A stretch of 63,821 nucleotides of DNA, counting the filler, from Octopus bimaculoides (Eukaryota): the NCBI RefSeq assembly GCF_001194135.2. It is 5 parts of 5 records of this genome, joined end to end, with 100 filler letters (N's around TTAATTAATTAA, not from the genome) between each part and the next. Parts side by side here need not be neighbours in the genome. Positions count along the whole stretch, not along the records: positions 24,721 to 46,536 come from NC_068993.1; 4 more parts are not named here. One strand, given 5' to 3'. The stretch's first letter is position 1. The number at the start of each line of letters is the position of its first letter. Below the pieces are notes generated by a model that saw nothing but the letters and a program-made list of their open reading frames with translations, made no database searches and was not told the DNA's origin. Shown one piece after another: positions 26,537 to 39,321 of this stretch. The position numbers and the translations under genes were made by a program.

Positions 26537-27322
26537 GTGAATACCCGTCAGAGTGTAAGTATCTTGAGAGAAAAGCTGAACATTAGAAGCATCAGTTGTG
26601 GCGTGAAAGAGAGACGATTGCGCTGGTATGGACATGTGGTGAGAATGGAGGAGGATAGCTGCGTGAAAAAGTGCCACACCCTAACAGTTGAGGGAACCCG
26701 TGGAAGAGGTAGGCCCAGGAAGACCTGGGCTGAGGTGGTGAGGCAAGACCTTCGTACATTGGGCCTCACCGAGGCGATGACTACGGACCGAGACCTTTGG
26801 AAATGGGCTGTGCGTGAGAAGACCCGGCAAGCCAAGTAAGATCGTTGCCAGTGCCCCTGGACTGGCTTGTGCGGGNNNNNNNNNNNNNNNNNNNNNNNNN
26901 NNNNNNNNNNNNNNNNNNNNNNNNNNNNNNNNNNNNNNNNNNNNNNNNNNNNNNNNNNNNNNNNNNNNNNNNNNNNNNNNNNNNNNNNNNNNNNNNNNNN
27001 NNNNNNNNNNNNNNNNNNNNNNNNNNNNNNNNNNNNNNNNNNNNNNNNNNNNNNNNNNNNNNNNNNNNNNNNNNNNNNNNNNNNNNNNNNNNNNNNCATA
27101 AAAGACACCATTTCGAGCGTGGCCGTTTTCGTGCGGGTGACACGTAAAAGCACCCACTACACTCTCTGAGTGGTTGGCGTTAGGAAGGGCATCCAGCTGT
27201 AGAAACTCTGCCAAATCAGACTGGAGCCTGGTGTTGCCATCCGGTTTCACCAGTCCTCAGTCAAATCGTCCAACCCATGCTAGCATGGAAAGCGGACGTT
27301 AAACGATGATGATGATGATGAT
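26537..27322 (+). mobile_element. 5'-truncated RTE LINE: ORF2 C-terminus, 3' UTR and (GAT)n tail, young
   Basis: LRWYGHVVRMEEDSCVKKCHTLTVEGTRGRGRPRKTWAEVVRQDL is the typical RTE C-terminus. The ORF is open to its stop at 26839, CpGs are retained, and it ends in gatgatgat. Confidence 0.9.
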
Positions 27323-28939
27323 GCACTACTGAAATTGGGGTGCAACTAATATGCCCATGTGTCTTTTAGGCCATCATTTATGGTAGTTTATCATTCTATT
27401 GATTTTTGCCACCTTTGCTGTCTAAGAAAGTGGCAATATGTACCTGGGGTATTTATTTCAAAATGTAAAACTTTAATTCAATTAATTTATTTATTTACTT
27501 TAATTCTGATTTACAGAAAATCTGCCTCAATAAACTCTATCTAATCCAGGGAAGCAAGGAAAAGTGGATGTTAAAATGATGATGATGATGATGATGATTA
27601 TGATCATGATGGTGCTAAAAACTGGAGTTTTCAGCAATCTACAGCTGGTGGTTCTTGATTGCAGTGATGGGCATAGGTCAGTTTGTATGAATGAAACAAG
27701 ATATGTCGCATCTGGGGCACAACAGTTGTAAACATTTTTACTTGATCTCAGATGGTCAAATGTTCAATAGACCAAAGTTCTGTAGTTTGTATGCCAAGGA
27801 AAATGAAATCCAAAAAATAAAAAAACCCATCTCCACCTCTAAAAATCTCAGTTATATGTTTCAGCTAATTGTATTTGAAATAGCCAGGAGCACAGGAGCA
27901 GTCGAGTCTCCATTTCATAGTTCATCTCTGAATTGGGTTTGAGACTGTTGGGATTATTGGATGAACTTTCAGAGGTCATGTGGCTGCTCCTGCTTTCCCC
28001 TCCTCCCTTACCCCTCTCACATTCATACAACAATATAAGTATTGATTTCAAACTTTGACATAAGGCCAGCAATTCTAGGGATAGGGATAGTCAATTACAT
28101 TGACTTTGTGCTCAACTGATATCTATTTTATCGACCCCGAAATGATGAAAGTCAAAGTCAACTTTTGCAGGATTTGAACTCAGACTGTAAAGAACCAGAA
28201 GAAATGCATCTAAACATGTTTTTGCTGGTGTGCTAATAATTCTGGGAGTTCAACACCTTATATATAACAATATAGAACCTACAAATCAAGAGATACATAA
28301 ACAGCCCAGTAGTAAACTTGGAGTAGAGAGGGCTTGTCATTGATGAATTTGAAAATGGTGATGAAAGACTTTGACAAACCTGACTTATTGATTAACTGAA
28401 TGGTTATTCAAACAATTGATTAGTTAATTCGTTAAATGAAGCTGCAATTGATAAATAATAAAGAAGTGAAACAGAACCAATGCATGTTTATCATTGGCAT
28501 AGTGATCCTCCCAAAGGAAAAAGAACATATCAAATAAACTTTTCTGAAATGATATATATTAGCATAAAACCCAATGAGAAATTTAAAAAATATTTATAGC
28601 GTAGAAAATTTTTTTTCATAAATTCTAGTTTTATTTTTAGATATAAACTGAATTTGAAAAAAAAAGAGATAATTTAGAAGAAAATCATTGAAAAAAAAAA
28701 TTGTTGTTTCATTTAATTTCATTATTTCGGCTCCTGTTGGGGTTGTTCTTACATTCTTATATTGAGGTGGACTATAATGCTATACGGTAATTTAATAATC
28801 CATTAAGCCTTAGCAATTCATGCTAAGACAGTACAATGTTATACTGTAAGACCCAACAATAGTTTAAGTCAACTGGTGATGGAAAAGAGTGAAGTATGAA
28901 GGCTGGTGTGTCCTCTGCTTTTCATTTAACAGGAGATTG

Positions 28940-29326
28940 GGGGGGGGGGCACTCCGTCGCTTACGACGTCGAGGGTTCCAGTTGATCCGATCAACGGAAC
29001 AGCCTGCTCGCGAAATTAACGTGCAAGTGGCTGAGCCCTCCACAGACACGTGTACCCTTAACGTAGTTCTCGGGGATATTCAGTTTGACACAGTGTGACA
29101 AGGCTGACCCTTTGAAATACAGGTACAACAGAAACAGGAAGTAAGAGTGAGAGGAAGTTGTGGTGAAAGAGTACAGCAGGGTTCGCCACCATCCCCTGCC
29201 GGAGCCTCGTGGAGCTTTAGGTGTTTTCGCTCAAAAAAACACTCACAACACCCGGTCTGGGAATCGAAACCGCGATCCTATGACCACGAGTCCGCTGCCC
29301 TAACCACTGGGCCATTGCGCCTCCAC
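28940..29326 (-). mobile_element. SINE family C, full length
   Basis: Reverse complement of 17398-17770 with CpGs retained. Confidence 0.85.
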
Positions 29327-30794
29327 TTACAAGAGATTTTAAAGAATTTAGTTCCCACAATTCTTCACCCTATTATGTGGCTCATTGTATTTGACGAAGC
29401 CCTCGTTTCTAAAACCTATTTCCATTACTGAAGTCAATACGAAATCGACCTCGTGCTAACTGAAAAAAAAAGGAATCAATACGGTTGTGTATTGGCAGAA
29501 CCGGTAGAGTGACGGACAAAAGTGCCTCATGGTATTTAGTTGCATACCTTGACACACTAAGTTCAAATGTAGCCGACGTCAACTTCGCCTTTCATCCTTT
29601 TTTTTTTTTGCAGTTGATAAAAATAGTATCAGTCGAGTTAACTGGAATCAATTTAATCGACTATATCTTCATTCAAAATATGTGGCTTCATACCAATGCT
29701 AAAAAGATCGGCGCAGCTGCAGAAAGAGTCGGGGAAGGGCGCGTTTATGTAGTTAATGTTTTTGTGGTATTTAGTTCCATTTCCGTTCCTGTCTCTTTGT
29801 TCTAAGATCAAATACCGCAGGAGTCGACTTAAGTCTTCCACCCCATTCGCGGGGGCAGTTTCAATCGATTTTAAGCATTCATTCATTCATTCCCCTACAA
29901 ATTTGTAAACCCCGTGCCAATGTGATAAATCAATATTTCTTTAATAAGCAGCATTCTATTGTCATAGTATTAGTCACCAAAACGATGGAAATTCCATTGC
30001 AACTACAATCGATTCTGTCGCAAAATAAATAAAATAACAAAAAAGAATAATAATAATAATAATACGAGTGATGATAGAAAAACAAAGTTATTCAGCAGCT
30101 TGATGGATCCATGACGCATATATATTGGGAGTCATGTGCGTGACTCTGCCTTCATTCAGTCTGTTATTATTTTCTTCACGGATCTCCTTCATGGAGCAGA
30201 AAACTATGCTGTGATTTCTCTAAATAATTACACCACCCTCACTAGCTTCTATCTGTCTGTTTGTATGTATATGTGTGTGCCTTCCTTTGATGATTCCTCC
30301 TCCTCCTCGTCTATTAGATTTTCTTTTTTAAACTGGGGACTGAACAGTGAATGGTGATGGATAAGGAATAGTGTTTTAAAGCAAAGCAAGTGCTAAGAAA
30401 CCGTTATAGCAGTCGACAGGGAAAAGTGTAGAGGAGGGGGCGAGAGAAATAGAGACATATAGAGAGAGGACGACGCAGAGATATACACAGAGAGAAGAGA
30501 CATAAAGAAAGAGACAGACACATTAGCAAAGACAGAGAGAGAGAGAGAAGGATACGTAGGCAAAGGGGATCAGTGAGAGAGATAAACAAAGAGAGAGAGA
30601 GACATAGACAGAGGGGGGTGCATAAAGAGATAGAGAGAGAGACATAGACAGAGTGGGAGTGCATAAAGAGATAGAGAGAGACATAGACACACATACACAG
30701 AGACAGATAGCTAGCTAGATAGAGAGAGAGAGAGAGACACACATAAACAGAGACAGATAGATAGCTAGATAGAGAGAATAGGGACTGATCAAAC

Positions 30795-30935
30795 AAAATG
30801 GTTGTCTTCCGAGAACGCCAAGTAAGGAGAGAGTGGCGGCGGCGACGATGACGAGGTTGTCGGCGACGGCAATGACGAAAGTCACGCTGAATCTCGTCAG
30901 TTCTCGCCTCGATCTTGACGTCACTTGTTGCTAAC
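30795..30935 (+). promoter_or_regulatory. Putative proximal promoter of the CFAP97-like gene
   Basis: CpG-rich unique sequence with a YY1-like AAAATGG (30795), a perfect CRE TGACGTCA (30916-30923) and an RFX X-box-like half-site GTTGCTAAC (30927-30935), ~90-230 bp upstream of the ATG. Confidence 0.4.
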
Positions 30936-31023
30936 AAAACAACAAGGGGTTGGTCGGAGATATCAACCTTCATTGTCGAAAATACAGAAAGAAGAAGAAA
31001 CATGATCAGTTGGATTAACAGAC

Positions 31024-32514
31024 ATGAATAACGTTACTAAGGCAGGGTCCATGGACGACGAGGACCTTAATGATTCGGTCGACTTTGATTTTTACGAATC
31101 CAACGACCAGGAATCTATGAACACCGTTTTCAACAAAGTATACAGCAAGCCGCCTCCTGGCAGACATCGACATTTTCACACTTGCTCGCAAGAAAAAGTT
31201 TGTTATGATAGCTTTTGTAGCTCTTCTGCGGCAGGCGGGGAGCCATATCAATATGTCAACGGTTGTTTGAATGATAGCGACATAGATAACATGAAAGGTG
31301 CTGTGGATTTGATAGAAGACAAAAACGAACGGATACCTATAGCAACAACTACTATTACTACTACAACAACACCAACCATCGAAGACTGTACGCTGCTAGC
31401 AGATGAAAACGATACCCAGTCTAGCCTTGATGTTTCCATTTCCGACGACACGGAAAGTAACCTAAGTGATCTCCCAGATTTCTCTGATGAGGAAAACGGT
31501 AAAGAGTCTTCATCGTTCGCCAACCAGCCCCATGGTTCGAAACCAGCTGGTGACACCGGATCGAATCCCAACAAACAGTGTGCGATAAAAACCGAAGACC
31601 AAAGAAACACAGTTCGTTTTAAGAACTCCGAACACACCGATTCTGTTGTGGCCGAATCTGGTCCTTCAGATGCTGCAAATTTTATAGACACTGATTTGAG
31701 TTCTATAGACGGTGACGACGACGACGATGATGATGATGTTGTTGAAGATGACGACGACGATGATGATGATGATGATGATGAGGATGATGTTGATGACGAT
31801 GATGATAGTTTAGCGAGTGTAGAAGATAATAGCGAAGATGAAGATGAGTGCAACGTGGATTCTGCACCAACAGATAAATATTTGAAAACATTGGGAAATG
31901 GAAAGGCCAGCCAACCGCAGGCGATTCTGCGTAAGAACGTGGGTATCACGCTAGCCGAGAGGTTTTCGCTCCAGCAGAAAACTCATGCGAAACGAAACGG
32001 TTATTCGCAGAGTTCGAATCGAAGCGATTTGAACTGCAACACTTTTGAAAGTGATTGTTCGTCGGCCTCAGAAATGACAGATGTGTCTCCCCTGGCTTCT
32101 GGTGACAGTAGCCCTACAATGGTTAGAAGGTGTAAATCGGCACCGAATCCGAGTCGTCAACCTTCTTCTCCCCCTTTCTGTGAGCAAAACGGACTCTGTA
32201 CGGCTACCGATCAGGACAACAGCAATATGGACATGAATTTGATTATGCGAGCTGTTCAAGAGATTGGTAAGGAAGAATATAGTACTAGAGATTCGTCCCC
32301 GATTCGGAAAAAAAATCAGCGAACTAGTTTGTCATATAATACATATCAGACTCGTGAAATCGAGAGAGAAAACGAGAGACTTCTGTCTGAGATCTTAAAG
32401 CTATCTTCGAACAAAAGCTATAAGAATGCCAAGAAACTGCCTATAAAAACGAAAGTAGCCCATTCTGCTATCAACAGACAGCGTGAACAACGTCGGATTG
32501 AGAGGGAAAACGAG
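31024..32514 (+). CDS. CFAP97: CFAP97/KIAA1430 (Hemingway) family protein, large first coding exon (497 codons)
   Basis: Long acidic/Ser-rich ORF with SDMTDVSPL and a C-terminal SLSYNTYQTREIERENERLLSEIL...SAINRQREQRRIERENE segment typical of the KIAA1430 domain. Phase-0 donor GAG|gtaatt at 32514/32515 falls inside the domain. Confidence 0.8.
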
Positions 32515-32934
32515 GTAATTGATCTTACTTGCATGCATGTCTTACATATATTATTGTGGCTTCCTTCTGCAAACAATTTATCTTTATCTTCTTTGTGTTT
32601 GTGTGTTCTTAGAATATATATCGTCAAAGCCCTGCTAACATGTTTTATAAATTATGTTATTGATAATGTGTTCTTACAATGGAAAGCGCTTCCACAGGTT
32701 TGTAAGAAGTAAGGAAAGGTTTGAAAATAACTCCCAGTATATGACTGCTACCCTTATTTTTACGACCTTCATCTCTTCTCATACTTTTCAGGCCGATGAA
32801 AAGCCAAAACTCCACTTTGTAATAACACTAGCATAAACTATATCATCACGTTTGTCGGGTACCATACAATTGAAGAAATTAAGCTTATGGACAATACTTT
32901 CCAACTTCTCGTAATATACATAAACAGCCAAAAG

Positions 32935-32979
<45 letters not shown>

Positions 32980-33613
32980 GTGTGTGTGTGTGTAAGCAAT
33001 GAATATCGATTTTTCTTTTTACTGATCTATAGTTTGCGTGTAAGGATAGATAACAGTTGTTTTGTTTCTTAAAAAAATGTTAACATAATAAAACAAAAAG
33101 ATCCACTAATGACTGTATCCTTAAATACACCAACCCCTACTATCATCGACTTGTTCCAAAATTACGTCATATCGAACTCCCATAATAATTTCTTTATAGT
33201 CAATGATTTAAATGAATTGAAGTAGTGGGTGGTTAGGTGGGTGTCCTTTCCCCCCTCACACGTTCTTATAATTGGCGCTACCCGTCTGCATTCAGTGTGA
33301 TAGATAGATAGATAACTTTCTTTATTGAGAAGATAGATAGATGGGCAATCAGAGTTTGTGTGAAGAAGAGCAATGATATAAGATAACTTTTAAAACATTT
33401 CACACACGCAAACGTAGTATCTATTATTGTTAGTAATAATAGGGCAAAACAGGCATTTTGCTGAAAATATCAATACGTAATCAGACAAGTCATGTGTGTA
33501 CAAGAATGTATGTCTGCAACATGCACTTCGTTTCCAGATTCCGGCTTCTTTCACGTGTGTGTGTATCAGATTCCGGTTACTTTTGAAGATATCTGTGTTT
33601 GTATATGTAAGCG

Positions 33614-33656
<43 letters not shown>

Positions 33657-34422
33657 GTACATACATATACACACGCCTATCAATTTCATTTGGGTTTTAA
33701 CCTTGGAGTTTGCTTCATTAAATCCGAACATGTAGTATATATGTATGTGTATATAAATATATAGTATGAACACATGTATGTTGCGCTTACACATGCGCAC
33801 GTATGTGTGTGTGTACATGTTTGTACTTTAAAAGGCGAGGAAAACTGTACTTCATTCATGAGTAGAATGTGTGTTTTTTTGTATTATTCTACAAGTTTAA
33901 GCCTCACATTCTATGTATGTACATACATACGTACGTGCATGCGTGCGTGCGTATGTATGTATGTATGTATGTATGTACATGCGTACGTGCATATGTATGT
34001 ATCCTATTGTAGTATTTATTTCTATAAATACTCTATTCATCTATATAAAACCTATATAAAAGAATACATCCTAGTGTAGCTTTTACAAGGGAATTCATTT
34101 TAAAATATTCATTTCTTTTAAAATAGCTGTTTATGAAAAATAAATTTATTTTCGAAGACGACAAGGAAAAGTAGGCGGGTGAGGAAAAAAAAACAACAAA
34201 CAAACGATTTAGTGTTTATATAGACCCATGTTCTTTTCTCTTTTATTCTTTTATTAATTTCAGTCATGAAATGCAACCATGCTGGGGCACCACCCTAAAC
34301 AATTATTAACACCAGTTTGTATTTTACCGATACTATTTGTCGAACCGTTATGTTACAGGAACACCGTAAATAACTCCCTGTGTGTGTGTGTGTGTGTGTA
34401 TTAATATAGATGTACACTTGTA

Positions 34423-34472
<50 letters not shown>

Positions 34473-34555
34473 GTTTATGCGTATATACATATGGGCGATC
34501 TTAAGGTAAGCCTACATATGTAGGTGTGTAAATATATGTGTGTGCCATGATAGAT

Positions 34556-34739
34556 CGTTAGCCACTACACATTACTTTTTTTTCTCTCTCCTTGTTTCTG
34601 TCTGTGTCCCTTTCTGTGGAAGAGCGTCGGCTCGAAACGTTAAAGACTTTTTCACATCCCGAGCGTTATACTAATACATCTGTTTGTTGTCTACACCACC
34701 TGTCTTCGTCTTTTGTTGTTTTTGTTTTTTGTGAATTCT

Positions 34740-34745
<6 letters not shown>
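34556..34745 (+). mobile_element. Penelope-like element 3' remnant
   Basis: Hammerhead-like motif followed by gagcgttatactaatac and a T-rich tail running into (TA)n. Confidence 0.55.
34610..34645 (+). ncRNA. Minimal type-I hammerhead-ribozyme-like motif (A6U core variant)
   Basis: CUUU-CUGUGGA-A-GAGC(gucg)GCUC-GAAA-CGUU-AAAG: 4-bp stem I, 4-bp stem II, palindromic ACGU. Confidence 0.5.
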
Positions 34746-34774
<29 letters not shown>

Positions 34775-34777
34775 TAG

Positions 34778-34812
<35 letters not shown>

Positions 34813-34813
34813 G

Positions 34814-34853
<40 letters not shown>

Positions 34854-35135
34854 TATATAATNNNNNNNNNNNNNNNNNNNNNNNNNNNNNNNNNNNNNNN
34901 NNNNNNNNNNNNNNNNNNNNNNNNNNNNNNNNNNNNNNNNNNNNNNNNNNNNNNNNNNNNNNNNNNNNNNNNNNNNNNNNNNNNNNNNNNNNNNNNNNNN
35001 NNNNNNNNNNNNNNNNNNNNNNNNNNNNNNNNNNNNNNNNNNNNNNNNNNNNNNNNNNNNNNNNNNNNNNNNNNNNNNNNNNNNNNNNNNNNNNNNNNNN
35101 NNNNNNNNNNNNNNNNNNNNNNNNNNNNNNNNNNN

Positions 35136-35181
<46 letters not shown>

Positions 35182-35727
35182 TTATATATATATATATATA
35201 TATACATACACATTTATATACACACCCCTCATACATACATATAATAATTTGTGTTTATATTTAGACCGGCACAAAGAAAATCATTATGTTATTGATCATG
35301 TGTCTCTATATATTCCGTAACTGAGCGGTTCATCACATACGATCAGTAAAATAAGTATCAGATAAGAATGGACATCGAGGTAGATAAGGTCGGCTAAAAC
35401 CGTTGAAGGCGGTGCCCCAGCGTGGCCGCAGACCATTAACTGAAACCATTGAAATAATGAAAGAATAAAAATACACGCCTTGTAATAAAGTACGCCGTCC
35501 TACGTAATGTAGAAATGACGTGGTTGAAACAAAACTAGTAAAACAACACCGATAGCAATTCATTTGATCCAACTTCATTAATTCTTTTATTGAATCTTTC
35601 ACTGGATTTGTTTTATAATACGACGAAGTATTTTCTCACGTGGTCAGACGTCAATCACATCATTCAATGTAAGGCATGTCTGCGATTGCAAGTGCGTGTG
35701 TGAAAGTGTGAGTGAGTTAGTGAATAT

Positions 35728-35763
<36 letters not shown>

Positions 35764-38700
35764 AAGTAGAATTATTTTTTGTGCGTCATTCTATTTACTC
35801 CGAAGTGATTTCTGTTTATAAATAAAATTTCAAGCACGTTTTGTTTGTTCATTCATCCATCTAATTAAATGTTGATTAGAATGCCATATATATATATATA
35901 TATATATGATATAAATACATTATGTGAGTAGATTAGGTAAACGGAAACTGAACGAAGCCCGTCGTATATGTGTGTTTAACTGTCTTTTGTTGTAAACGAG
36001 TGTCGTCTCATTTCCAGCCTTATGCAGAAACGTGGTCATGGGGGAAATATTACCTTTCTTAGAAACATGAGGGCTGGTGACAGGTGGGGTATCTGGCTAT
36101 AGAAAAACATACCTCAACAAATTCTGTCCAACCCATGCGAATATAGAAAAGTGGAATTTAAAACTCAGCTTATTGAGTTCTTTAAACCCATATCAGTCCT
36201 GACTGAAAAAACAATATTGTCAAATATTTGAGCTATGATCATTTCTTTCCTTCTTCCAGACACTATCTGGGGACTATATTACCAGTGTGTTCTGAGACAT
36301 TCCAAAATTCTAGGAAATTACATCTTTGAAAGAGACTTAGCTGTTAAATCTAGCAGCGTGACCAAGTATGCAGACACATCATTGATAACTCTAGAGTCAT
36401 GACCGTCTTCTGTTCTTAAGACAGTAAAGTATGATCTGCCATAAAATTTGGTTGCTAGTTCTAGAAAATCAAGTCGACCATGAAGTGGTTCCCTTGTGTG
36501 CATTGTTGTGTAGCATCAAGTCTGAACAGATTTACAATCACAAATATTGCTATGACCTTTCCATTGTTTCTTTTTGTTTCACAGCCATAGGTGCATGTAT
36601 GACTATGTAGTTAAGCAGTTTGGTTTCATGTTCAGGCCCCTTGTGCAGCACCTCAGTTCACCTGATGCCTTCTGAGGAATGTACTTGGTGGAAACTGTAT
36701 GGAAGCCTTAGGTACTGAGGTTGATTTGATTGAACTAAAATTCTTCAAGGCAGTGCCCCAGCATGACCACAGTCCAATGACTGAAATGAGTTAAAAAAAC
36801 AAAACAAAAGAATAGTGTATCTAATGTGTCCTTGATTTTCTTCTAATACAGTAGGGTGTATGATCTGAGAGATATTTGACTGTTATTCCCAGTAGAATGA
36901 TGATTATGTAGAGTCTTCATGTGATGTGGGCTGTGAATTGATGGCTAAAATTCTTCTCATACAAACAAAACAGTGGTGGGATTCTTCTCTCTCAAACTTT
37001 TTGAACTGAAAAGGCTCAATGTGTTGCTCCTAAATAATTATGGTTCAAAAGTTTCTTATTTGACTGTGATTTCCTTTCAACAAGAGCCAGTCCTTAACTA
37101 ATTAATATTCAATATGAAAAGAGCCAGTTTTTATCAAAACTGACATTCTATAAAACAAAAGAGCCAGTCCCTGAACAAAATTAACAAAATTCTTTGTTGA
37201 CATTATGTCAACAACAAATTTGGTCAATGCTGAACTATATAGAAAAAAATGTGTTTATTTATTGGTGACTGGCACCTATTGTGTCACAAAAGGTAGCATC
37301 GTTTTTCTTAGTATTGGTCTTTTATTACCTTTTAATGAGGTCAATCTTTATATCATATGTATATATGTATAACTAATTAGATTGAACTCAGGAGTTTATT
37401 CATGGCCATTGAACTTTCAAGAAATAACAACCCAATCTTCCTCAAATCACACCCTGTCATCTTTAGAGAAGGTTACATTGGATAATGTAATAAGTGAAGG
37501 TCACATTGGCTTGGATACATTATTCCAGAACCATCATGGTTGGTATGCCTTGGGTCACTCAACCATTGTAACTTGGTACTAAACAAAAACAATTTAAATA
37601 CTTGTACTCTCATAGATGGGGACACATCTAGGGGTCAGACAAATTGCTATATTTAACTTTAAACTTCTGATGCAGCACAGTATCCCACAAGACTTCATTG
37701 GTCCAGTTCTGAAACTCTCAATATCACAAAAATCATACAAACCTTGTTTACCTTCATTTGAAAGTCAGTGAGGAACTCTCTAATGTAGGTGAGAAGATGG
37801 TAATTTTTTTTGTGTGTGTGTATCATTCATTTCTGTTTTATGACAGAATTATTGCAGAAGATTTTCAACAGGATGTTAAAAATTAATAAGATATAGATAG
37901 TTTTATAACTTTTTAAACTAGTCCAGCAGTTTGGTGAAAAAATATAATTATATGTATGCAACACATATTTTATGTTTCTCATTAATAAAAAATTGGGAGA
38001 AGGAACAAAATTTCTTTAATATAAATATCCATTTCATTTCATTTCAATATCCACTTTTTCATGCTTGTATTGGTAGGATGGAGTCTATTGAAGCAGATTT
38101 TTTACAGCTGGATGGTTCTACTGTCATCAACCTTTACCTTTTTCAAAGCAAGGTGATATTTTCCCATGTTCTCATAGTATATTGATGACACTGCTTGTAT
38201 GACAGTGAAAATCATTTACAACTACATGTGATGTCAAGGGAAGGAGACACATACACACTTACTCACATACATGAATACATGCTTCTGTTCACATATGATG
38301 GGCTTCTTTCAGTTTCCATCTACCAAATCCACTCACAAGTCTTTGGTTGGCCTGAAGCTTACACCATGGAACTGAACCCAAAACCATGTGGCAGACTTCT
38401 TATATACAAGGGGGTGCTGAAAAATTCCTGGGGTACTGCTGCAGTAAGTGTTTGAATCTGAGAGGAGAATACATTGAATAAAATCATAATTAACTGATCC
38501 TCCTGTATTTTCTTTTACCCCATGTCAGGAACTTTTAAGCATCCCTCTCATATATCACACCATCTCCCTATTTCTCATCTATATGGATTTTATTACAATG
38601 CTGCTCTTCACCCTCCTCCCTTTTCTGTTTGCCACTTATCATCCCCTCCTCCCTGACCCACTCCTATTTCTCTCACCTTCCCCTAAACTGATATTCATCA

Positions 38701-39290
38701 TTGACCATCCCCTCTCCTTTGTCTGTTGTTCACTGCATCATCTATATCCTAATATTTCCTGCCTCTAACCATCTGTTGCTCACCTGACACTCTTGTGAAC
38801 TTACCTGATTTTCTGTCCCTGCTCTCCTCACCTGTTCCTCTGACCTGACCATATCTCCCTCACATTCACCCTCTTGCACCTTGAGGGTACATTCTGACAC
38901 CCATCACCATCATTTTCTTTCCTTTTCTTGCTGGTGTAGTCATGTACCTCCTCTACAATGAGGCACCTATCTCTATATCATAGTCATACCACTCAACACC
39001 TAGCATAAGTCAGTTCTCAGTTCTACATCACTTTCAACCAAGGGTTCTTTTTTTTTTTGTGAACTGTTTGGTGATCTCACTTGTGCAGCTTCCATGGCAA
39101 AGAAGTGGATTTGTATCTACCACAATTGTTGAAAGATTCCGCATGCTTGATCATCTGTTTGTTGCCTTAAGAGTCAGGCTTACTAACTTCAAATAAACTA
39201 AGTGTTACTTCATCACCTGTCCACTCCTCATTCTCACCTTAGATCCAAAAATCAGTTATCGGTAACTGAGTCATTATTACTCTTATCTAT

Positions 39291-39321
<31 letters not shown>

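Noticed and set aside
30798-30821. ATG-initiated 8-codon mini-exon (MVVFRERQ|gtaagg) upstream of the CFAP97-like ATG
   Set aside because: Nearby acceptors lack pyrimidine tracts and give out-of-frame stops; cannot be supported without transcripts.
32515-32712. Hydrophobic C-terminal extension of the 562-aa ORF (VIDLTCMHVLHILLW...)
   Set aside because: Begins exactly at a GT donor inside the conserved domain and has intron-like composition; treated as intron read-through.
36318-36503. Protein-like 61-aa minus-strand ORF
   Set aside because: Stop immediately upstream, no consistent splice sites, no PC2 similarity; probably decayed TE.
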